Shown piece after piece: positions 57,050 to 64,000 of a stretch of 64,000 nucleotides of DNA (positions are counted from its first letter, which is position 1; every line of letters starts with the position of its first letter). The notes below the pieces were generated by a model. The model ran no database searches, was not told the origin of the DNA, and saw only the letters and a program-made list of their open reading frames with translations. The translations under genes were made by a program, and so were the position numbers. The DNA comes from Ramlibacter sp. (GTDB taxonomy: Bacteria; Pseudomonadota; Gammaproteobacteria; Burkholderiales; Burkholderiaceae_C): contig JAJTCN010000007.1 in the NCBI GenBank assembly GCA_021323335.1, positions 8,779 through 72,778 on the forward strand. The letters are read 5' to 3'.

Positions 57050-58601
57050 GGCCCGCGCGATGGCCGAGCGTGAAGGCCTCCTCGAAGATCGAATAGCCCG
57101 CCCAGTCGCTGTGCGCATGGCGTAGCCGCCCGCTGTCCGGCGGCTTCGGCAGTTGCGTGAGCGCACCGGGCACCGGGATCGGCATGGCATGGCCGTAGCG
57201 CGCGACTTCCACCCGCACCAGCAGTTGCGGCAGCTCCGGATGCGGCACCGACAGCTCGCGCACGGCGCGGTCCCGCCAGTGCGTCCAGGGCTGCTGCAAG
57301 GCCTGGCCGCGCGCCGGTTCGCCCGGCGCGGCGTACCAGGTGAGCACCGTCGGCCCCGGCGCGGGGTCCAGGGCCTGGTGCGTCGCCACCACGTAGCCGA
57401 GGCTGGTGTCATGCCCCTGCACCACGTTGTCCCAGGCCAGCGGCATGCCGGCGCGCTCCCAGGGCAGGGCGCTCAGGTGCAGGTTGGCGACGATCCACGG
57501 CGCGTGGCGCACGCTGAGCGCCAGCGCCCGCAGCGGCTGCGGGGCGTTCTCCACCACGCGCGCGGCGACGAAGGCGGGCAAGGCGACGACACAGCGCGCG
57601 GCCTGCCAGCGCTCGACGCGCTGCGTCGCCACGTCCCAGGCATCCACTTCCACCCCGTGCCGCTGCTCGGCGATGCGCAGCACCAGCCGACCGCCGCGGA
57701 AGCGCTCGCCCAGCGGCCGGGCCATGGCGCGGGTGAGGAAGGCGTTGCCCTCCGGCCAGGTCAGCACGGCCTCGCGTTCGCCGGCACTGTCCGCGCCCGG
57801 CGGCTGGAAGCCGTGGCGCGCCGCGAAGTAGTGCAGCCCGGCCCAGGCGGCCACCGTGCCGGCGCCCGCGCCGTAGTCGTCGCGGCAGCAATAGTCCAGG
57901 TACCAGCGCAGTTGCGGATCCCGGAATCCGCGTGCGTCCAGCCAGGCGGCGAAGGTCTCCCCGTCCCACGGGCGCAGGCGCTCGCGCGCGGCCAGCGGGA
58001 TGCGGAAGGCGCCGCCCGCGCGCACGCGCTCGACCTCCTGCGCGAACCGCGCGTACTGCGCCAGCGTGGTGGCGCCGACGCCGGCCAGCGGCAGCAAGCC
58101 CTCCTGCCACTCGCCCTCGAAGAACAGCCGCTCCTGCGGCGCATGGCACTGCGCGCGCTCGTCGTACCGCCAGCGGCCGTTGACGCGCTGGCGCAAGCCC
58201 AGTTCCTCCAGCAGGTGCTGCACCTCGGGCGCCGCGTCGCCGGGCACGGGCAGATAGTGCGCGCCGAGCGGGCAGGCGATGCCGCCGATCGCGCTGGCGC
58301 GGCTGTTGCCGCCGGCGGCGTCCTCCAGGTCCAGCAGCGCGATGTCCTCGACGCCGCGCTGGCGCAGCGCGCGCGTGGCGGCGAGGCCCGCCACGCCGGC
58401 GCCGGCGATGACGACTTCGACGCGCTTCGTCACCGAAGGCGCGGGCCAGTCGGCGCGGGTGCGCAGCAGGTGACCACGGTCGACCGCGGCGCCGCTGAAG
58501 CCGCCCGAAGTTTCCGGGCGCGCGGGCGCGCAGCCCGCGAGCACCGCGGCGCCGGCCACCAGCGCGGCGCGCCGGGTGATCAGGGGTGCACCTTGCCCCA
58601 T
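57042..58601 (-). CDS. FAD-dependent amine oxidase-like protein, probable Tat lipoprotein
   Basis: TRRAALVAGAAVLAGC, IAGAGVAG, GGNS, LGAHYLP, YCCRDDYG, GHAM, SIFEEA; start uncertain. Confidence 0.82.
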   Translation of the reverse strand: MGQGAPLITRRAALVAGAAVLAGCAPARPETSGGFSGAAVDRGHLLRTRADWPAPSVTKRVEVVIAGAGVAGLAATRALRQRGVEDIALLDLEDAAGGNSRASAIGGIACPLGAHYLPVPGDAAPEVQHLLEELGLRQRVNGRWRYDERAQCHAPQERLFFEGEWQEGLLPLAGVGATTLAQYARFAQEVERVRAGGAFRIPLAARERLRPWDGETFAAWLDARGFRDPQLRWYLDYCCRDDYGAGAGTVAAWAGLHYFAARHGFQPPGADSAGEREAVLTWPEGNAFLTRAMARPLGERFRGGRLVLRIAEQRHGVEVDAWDVATQRVERWQAARCVVALPAFVAARVVENAPQPLRALALSVRHAPWIVANLHLSALPWERAGMPLAWDNVVQGHDTSLGYVVATHQALDPAPGPTVLTWYAAPGEPARGQALQQPWTHWRDRAVRELSVPHPELPQLLVRVEVARYGHAMPIPVPGALTQLPKPPDSGRLRHAHSDWAGYSIFEEAFTLGHRAGLS

Positions 58602-60106
58602 TCGCGCTCGTAGGTGGTGACCAGCAACTGGTTGGACAGGCGGTTCACTTCGGCCGGCACGCGCGCCATGTCGCGCGGGAAGTCGAACAGCGCGCGCGTG
58701 CCTTCCAGCGTGAGGAAGCGCAGCCCCTCGGGCAGCGCCTGCGGTTCGTGCCAGGGCCGCCGGCTGGCGATGATGAAGCCCCATTCGCCGAAGCTGGGCA
58801 CATGCGCGTGGTACGGGAAGGTGCGCAGCCCCACGGACTCCATCGTCGTGGCGACCGTCCAGAAACTCTGCCGCGCCACCAGCGGCGAGGTGGTCTGCAC
58901 CACCGCATAGCCGCTCGCCGCGAGCCGCTGGTCCAGCAAGGCATAGAAGGCATTGGTGTACAGCTTGCCGATGGAGAAGTTGGTGGGATCGGGGAAATCG
59001 ACCACGATCACGTCGAAGGTGTCCTGGCCCTTCTGCAGCCACTGGAAGGCGTCGGTGTTCACCACCTTCACCTTGGGCGAACGCAGCGCACCGCCATTGA
59101 GCGCCACCAGCGCCGCGTCGGTGGAGAACAGCCGCGTCATGTTGGGGTCGAGTTCCACCAGGGTGATGCTCTCGACCGAGGGGTAGCGCAGCAGCTCGCG
59201 CACCGCCAGCCCGTCGCCGCCGCCCAGCACCGCCACCTTGCGCGGCGCGCCGTGCGCCGCCATCGCGGGATGCACCAGCGCCTCGTGGTATCGGTATTCG
59301 TCGGCCTGCGCGAACTGCAGGTTGCCGTTGAGGAACAGGCGCATGCCGCCGCGGCCCTGCGTCACCACGATGCGCTGCCAGGGCGAGCTCTCGGCCAGCA
59401 CGATCTTGTCCTGGTAGAAGCGGTCTTCGGCCAGCGAGGTGATGTGCTGCGAGCCCGCGAAGGCCGCGCCGAGCGCGCCGAGGGTCGCGGCGCAGGCCAC
59501 GGCGTGGGCGGCGAAGCGGCGCAGCTCATGGCGGAACAGCCACAGCGCCCACACGGCCACCGCCGCATTCATCAGCCCGAACAGCAGGCCGGTGCGGATC
59601 AGGCCGAGCTGCGGCACCAGCAGCAGCGGGAAGGCGATGGAGACGGCCAGCGCGCCGAGGTAGTCGAAGGTGAGGACCTGCGACACCAGCTCGCGCAGCG
59701 CCACGTCGCGCTTGAGGATGCGCATCACCAGCGGGATCTCCAGCCCCACCAGCATGCCCACCAGCAGCACCAGCCCGTACAGGAGGACGCGGAAGGCGCC
59801 GGGCTGCCAGGCGTGCGCGAGGAACAGCAGCGCGGGCAGGGCGCCGCCGACCAGCGCCACCAGCAGCTCGATGCGCAGGAAATGCGCGGGCAGTTGGCGC
59901 TCGAAGAAGCGCGATAGCCACGAACCCACGCCCATGGCAAACAGGTAGGTGCCGATGATGGTGGAGAACTGCAGCACCGAATCGCCGAGCACGTACGACG
60001 CCAGCGCGCCCGCCGCGAGCTCGTAGACCAGCCCGCAGGCCGCGACCACGAACACCGAAGCGAGCAGCGCCACCTCCAGCGGGCGCGGCCGCGTCCCTTC
60101 GCTCAC
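58580..60106 (-). CDS. speE: polyamine aminopropyltransferase (spermidine synthase) with N-terminal membrane domain
   Basis: CGLVYEL TM region; LFLNGNLQF, YHEAL, LGGGDG, VELDP, VDFPDP, VPSFGEWGF. Confidence 0.88.
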   Translation of the reverse strand: MSEGTRPRPLEVALLASVFVVAACGLVYELAAGALASYVLGDSVLQFSTIIGTYLFAMGVGSWLSRFFERQLPAHFLRIELLVALVGGALPALLFLAHAWQPGAFRVLLYGLVLLVGMLVGLEIPLVMRILKRDVALRELVSQVLTFDYLGALAVSIAFPLLLVPQLGLIRTGLLFGLMNAAVAVWALWLFRHELRRFAAHAVACAATLGALGAAFAGSQHITSLAEDRFYQDKIVLAESSPWQRIVVTQGRGGMRLFLNGNLQFAQADEYRYHEALVHPAMAAHGAPRKVAVLGGGDGLAVRELLRYPSVESITLVELDPNMTRLFSTDAALVALNGGALRSPKVKVVNTDAFQWLQKGQDTFDVIVVDFPDPTNFSIGKLYTNAFYALLDQRLAASGYAVVQTTSPLVARQSFWTVATTMESVGLRTFPYHAHVPSFGEWGFIIASRRPWHEPQALPEGLRFLTLEGTRALFDFPRDMARVPAEVNRLSNQLLVTTYEREWGKVHP

Positions 60107-60110
60107 GCGC

Positions 60111-60332
60111 TCACCCGGCGACGGCGGCCGCGACGATGATGGAAATGCCGAGCGCCATGGCGGCGACCACGATGGCCAGCGCGACGTTCTGCTTTTCCAC
60201 CAGCTCTTCCCACAGCTTGTAGGGCGTGATGCGGTCGATGACGATGAAGCTGATCCAGAAGACGGCGACGCCGATCAGCGCATACAGGATGGAGCCGAAG
60301 AAGGCGCCCGGTTTCAACCACTCAAGACCCAT
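60111..60332 (-). CDS. DUF350 small membrane protein
   Basis: 73 aa; IDRITPYKLWEEL...NVALAIV; GGAGG RBS. Confidence 0.85.
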   Translation of the reverse strand: MGLEWLKPGAFFGSILYALIGVAVFWISFIVIDRITPYKLWEELVEKQNVALAIVVAAMALGISIIVAAAVAG

Positions 60333-60353
60333 GATGACCTCCGATGAAAACTC

Positions 60354-61859
60354 TCATTTGCCACCGCCCGACCAGCCGCCGCCACCGCCGGAATAGCCCC
60401 CGCCGCTGCGCCCCGACGTATAGCCGGTGCCGCTGCCGCGGGTCCAGTTGTCGTCCTCGCAGGCCTTCAGCACGGCCAGCAGCACCAGGATCACCAGCAC
60501 CACGATGACGATGGTGGCGCAGCCGCAGCCCGCGCCCTTGCCGCTGGTGGGACCGGCGTCGCCGCGCTTCATCAGGGCGGACTTGTCCTGCAGGCCGAAG
60601 GCCCGCGCCACCAGGTCGCTGTCGACCTTGCCGCCCACCGACCAGGTGCGCTCGCTCGGCGTCTCCTCCATCGACAACAGGGCGCCGTTGCCGCCGGCAT
60701 AGTCGCGGTTGAAGGTGGCCTGCCCGCGTTCCACCGGCCAGTAGAACTCGCCGGCGACGTAGGTGGTGCGCGCCTTGTACGCCGATTCCTGCCGGTACGT
60801 GGTGCCCAGGTACACCGCCGACTGCATGTCTTTCTTCACCAGCGGCGCACCGGTGGCGGGCTTGACGATGCTCCAGCCGTCGCTGGCGTCCACCAGGAAG
60901 GTGAAGCCCCGCTTGCGGTTGTACAGCAGGTACTCGTCCCAGCCGAAATGCTCGTCGGGATCGTCGGGCTCGGTGCCGATACGGTGCTGGTAGCCCACCA
61001 CCTGCCATTGCACGCCCTGCAGCTGCCCGCTGCTGCCCAGCGGGATGAGCGGCTCCACCGGCTCGTCCTGCACCGCGTGGCGCAACTCGCCACCGATGCC
61101 GGAAGTGAGGTCGATCAGGCTCTTGCAGGCGGGGCAGGTGATGGCCTTGCTGTCGGCGAAGTGCGCTTCCACCGGCGCGCCGCAGTTCGGGCAGGCGAAC
61201 TGGCGGCCGGCGGCGACCTGCTCGCTGTCTTCGCGCAGGCCGGAGAACTTCAGTTCCTCCAGCGCCACCGGCCGGCCGCGCGCCAGGGCCGGCGGCGCGG
61301 CGCCGTAGTCCACCGACAGCACCTCGTTGTCGGGGCTGCGCAGCTCCACCATCGCGAAGGGCGTGTCCAGCGCCGGCAGGCGCGGAAGCTCGCCTTCTGC
61401 CGCGACCAGCGCCACCTGTTCGTTGGACGTGACCTGGTAGGACTTGCCGTTGATGGCGGTGACGGCGCCGACGCGCAGCTGGTCCGCCTGCGGCATTTCG
61501 CGTTCGGTTTGCGCCGGCAATGCGAACACATACGCGCCGTTGTCTTCCGCCACCCAGCCGCTGCTGCCGTCGTCGAACAGCGCATTCCACTCGGTCCACG
61601 GGCCGCTCGCGCCACGATACTGCAGCCGGCCGACCAGCGTGAAGTCCTTGCCCTGCCAGCTGCCCCGCGCCATCAGCCGCAGCGGGCTGTGGTCGTCGAA
61701 CAGCTCCGCCATCTTGCCCAGGCGGGCCAGCGTGGCGCCGTCGCGCACGACGGTGCTGCGGCAGAAGCTGCACACCGCGTGCGTCGACTGCGCGCTGCGG
61801 AATTCGACGGGGGCGCCGCAGCCCGGGCAGGGCGCCGTGTATTTGCGTTCGGCCGCCAA
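60354..61859 (-). CDS. DUF4178 protein with Zn ribbons, C-terminal TM and Gly-rich tail
   Basis: CPGC/CSFC and CPNC/CPAC; GRLQY..WTEW, WDEYLL, VAGEFYW; SGGGYSGGGGGWSGGGK. Confidence 0.8.
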   Translation of the reverse strand: MAAERKYTAPCPGCGAPVEFRSAQSTHAVCSFCRSTVVRDGATLARLGKMAELFDDHSPLRLMARGSWQGKDFTLVGRLQYRGASGPWTEWNALFDDGSSGWVAEDNGAYVFALPAQTEREMPQADQLRVGAVTAINGKSYQVTSNEQVALVAAEGELPRLPALDTPFAMVELRSPDNEVLSVDYGAAPPALARGRPVALEELKFSGLREDSEQVAAGRQFACPNCGAPVEAHFADSKAITCPACKSLIDLTSGIGGELRHAVQDEPVEPLIPLGSSGQLQGVQWQVVGYQHRIGTEPDDPDEHFGWDEYLLYNRKRGFTFLVDASDGWSIVKPATGAPLVKKDMQSAVYLGTTYRQESAYKARTTYVAGEFYWPVERGQATFNRDYAGGNGALLSMEETPSERTWSVGGKVDSDLVARAFGLQDKSALMKRGDAGPTSGKGAGCGCATIVIVVLVILVLLAVLKACEDDNWTRGSGTGYTSGRSGGGYSGGGGGWSGGGK

Positions 61860-61866
61860 GGCCGGC

Positions 61867-62875
61867 CTAAACCAGCTTCTTGAGGAGCTCCGCCTTCTTG
61901 GCGTCGAACTCTTCCTGCGTCAGGATGCCCTTGGCCTTGAGCTCGCCGAGTTTCTCCAGCGTCGCCATCACGTCCTCGGGCCGGACCCCGGCGGCAGCGG
62001 CAGCGGCCGCGGCCGGCGCCGCCTCCTGCGCGGGTGCGGCCTGCAGGCCCTTCTGCAGGTTCTGCGCCAGCACCTGCCCCATCGCGATGCCGGCGCCCAG
62101 GCCCATGGCGTCACCGGCCACGCTGCCGCCACCGCCGCCCTGGCCGGCGGCCTTGGCGAATTCGGGAATGGCTTGCCCGGTCTGGTACTGCATGAACTTG
62201 CCCATGTCGTTGCCGACCATGCCCATGCCGATGCGCTGGTCCAGCAGCTTCTGCAGTTCGTCGGGCAGCGACAGGTTCCAGTTCCTTCTGCAGCGCGGCG
62301 GCGAACTCGATCTGGTTGGCCGCGAGGTCCAGGAAGGGCATGCCGCTCTGGGCGATGGCGTCGGAGATGTGCTGCAGCACCATGCCGCGCAGCTGGCCGT
62401 CGAGCTCGGCCACGGTGTAGCGCTCGCGCGTGCCGGAGATCTTCGTGTGGAAGGCGCCCGGGTCGACGATGCTGTAGCTGTAGTTGCCGAAGGCGCGCAG
62501 CCGCACCGCGCCGAAGTCCTTGTCGCGGATGGTGATCGGCTGCGAGGTGCCCCAGCGCTGGTCCACCTGCTGGCGGGTGCTGAAGAAGTAGACGTCGCTC
62601 TTGAATGGGGACTGGAACAGCTTGTCCCAGTTCTTCAGGTTGGTCAGGACCGGGATGGTCTGGGTGGTGAGCTTGTGGGTGCCGGGGCCGAACACGTCGG
62701 CGACCTTGCCTTCGTTGACGAACACCGCCATCTGCGAGGCGCGCACGACGAGCACCGCGCCGTACTGGATCTCCATGTCGGCCATGGGGAAGCGCCAGGA
62801 CAGCGTGCCTTCGCCGTCCTCCGTCCACTGGATGACGTCGATGAACTGTTTCTTGATGAAATCCATCAGTGCCAT
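61867..62875 (-). CDS. SPFH/band-7 (YdjI-like) protein with C-terminal SHOCT; frameshifted near 62277
   Basis: N-part MALMDFIKKQFIDVIQW...SPFKSDVYF...WGT; C-part in another frame NLSLPDELQKLLDQRIGM...LGELKAKGILTQEEFDAKKAELL. Confidence 0.85.
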
Positions 62876-62911
62876 GCCGCTCTCCTCGGAGTGTGTGGGG
62901 GATGATAGCTC

Positions 62912-62990
62912 GCCGGGGTGCGGCTGCGCCGCAACCCGGCCTACGGGTTGTCGCACTCCGTAGGTCGGGTTGCGCGGAGCGCACCCCGAC
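62912..62990. repeat. inverted pair of GTAG-type REP elements (REPIN-like)
   Basis: GCCGGGGTGCGGCTGCGCCGCAACCCGGCCTAC ... GTAGGTCGGGTTGCGCGGAGCGCACCCCGAC. Confidence 0.7.
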
Positions 62991-63001
62991 ACCCCATCGG
63001 T

Positions 63002-64000
63002 CTAAACCAGGTTGCGCAACTCCCGCAGCGCCACCGACAGCATCGCCAGGTCGCTGCCCGGCGTCTCCTGCAGTTCGGCCAGCAGCCGGCGCGCGCGCTG
63101 CAGCGCCTGCCGGTTGCCCTGCTCCCAGTGGTCCAGCACCTGCCCGGCGTCGCCTTGCTGGTTGCCCACCGCCTGCAGCGCGATGGAGCGCTGCAGGTCG
63201 GTCAGGTCGTCGGACAGCGCCAGCTTCGCCAGGCTGTGCCAGAAGCTGTCGGCCGGCAGCAGCTCGATCTGCTGCCGCATCCGCTCCAGCCCCAGCCGCT
63301 CGCCCACGCCGGCATGCACCTGCGCGGTCAGCTCCAGCGGATGCTTGCTGCCCTCGGCGATCTCGGCGATGTCCAGGGCGTTGAACCACATTTCGGCGCC
63401 ATCGACCAGGGACGCCACCGGTTGCGGCACGCCGGCCTGGATCCACGCCGTGGCGCGCGGTGACGCGCCCTCGGCGGCCTCGCGATGCGCGCGCAACGCC
63501 TGCACCGCCGGCGCGAAGCGCTCCACCAGCTGCTGCGTCGGCTCCAGCAGCCGGCGCGAGCGCAGGAACCAGGTGGTGGCGCGCGCCACCAGGCCGCGCA
63601 GCGTGATGATCATCTCCGCCTGCACCACGTCCGGCACCTGGCTGTCCAGCGCCTCGATCTGCTGCCACAGCGGCACCAGCCCGAACACCTCGCGGCTGGC
63701 CAGGTAGGCGCGCACCACCTGCGGCGCGGTCGCCCCGGTGACCTCGCCGAGCCGGTGCACGAAGGTCGGCCCGACCCGGTTGACCATGCTGTTCAGGACA
63801 TGGGTGGCGATGATCTCGCGCTTGAGCGGATGGCGCGGGATGTACGCCGCGAACTTGTCCTTCAGCTGCGTCGGGAAGTAGCGCTCCAGCGCGGTCGCGA
63901 CCCACGGGTCCTCCGGCAGGTCGGAGGCGATCAGTTCATCGTTCAGCCACATCTTGCTGTAGGCGAGCAGCACCGCCAGCTCCGGGCTGCTCAGGCCCAG
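63002..64000 (-). CDS. gdhB: large NAD-specific glutamate dehydrogenase, C-terminal part
   Basis: PELAVLLAYSK, YFP, HPLKREIIAT..NSMVNRVG, TTWFLR, LAMLSVALRELRNL; 5' end outside window. Confidence 0.9.
   Translation of the reverse strand: MGLSSPELAVLLAYSKMWLNDELIASDLPEDPWVATALERYFPTQLKDKFAAYIPRHPLKREIIATHVLNSMVNRVGPTFVHRLGEVTGATAPQVVRAYLASREVFGLVPLWQQIEALDSQVPDVVQAEMIITLRGLVARATTWFLRSRRLLEPTQQLVERFAPAVQALRAHREAAEGASPRATAWIQAGVPQPVASLVDGAEMWFNALDIAEIAEGSKHPLELTAQVHAGVGERLGLERMRQQIELLPADSFWHSLAKLALSDDLTDLQRSIALQAVGNQQGDAGQVLDHWEQGNRQALQRARRLLAELQETPGSDLAMLSVALRELRNLV

Overview
A GC-rich chromosomal window that looks betaproteobacterial (Comamonadaceae/Ramlibacter-like by gene content and order; inferred). 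It holds about 55 CDSs. I found no rRNA, tRNA, CRISPR array, prophage or transposase. Left to right: birA (partial) and a SET-domain methyltransferase head-to-head with topoisomerase III-SWIB; three hybrid histidine kinases, one coupled to a KaiC-like ATPase; two FecR/DUF6600-type proteins; a tightly coupled operon of a class-A-like serine hydrolase, an M15 peptidase and a PafA/Dop-like (glutamine-synthetase-fold) ligase; a gamma-glutamylation amine catabolic operon followed by a YUCCA-like FMO; a LicD-like transferase plus IspD-like cytidylyltransferase next to an EF-G paralog; a GntR-controlled cyclic-amide (hydantoinase/TRAP/amidase) cluster; slyD, pirin, gap, tkt, speD, murU, pepP and a sigma54-driven pilin; an SPFH-DUF4178-DUF350-SpeE-amine oxidase operon; and the 3' end of NAD-glutamate dehydrogenase. 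The best candidate for an undescribed system is the PafA-like ligase operon (15644-18288). Four short internal deletions in conserved genes (topB, gap twice, SPFH) may be assembly artefacts. All family calls come from reading motifs by eye; no database search was run.
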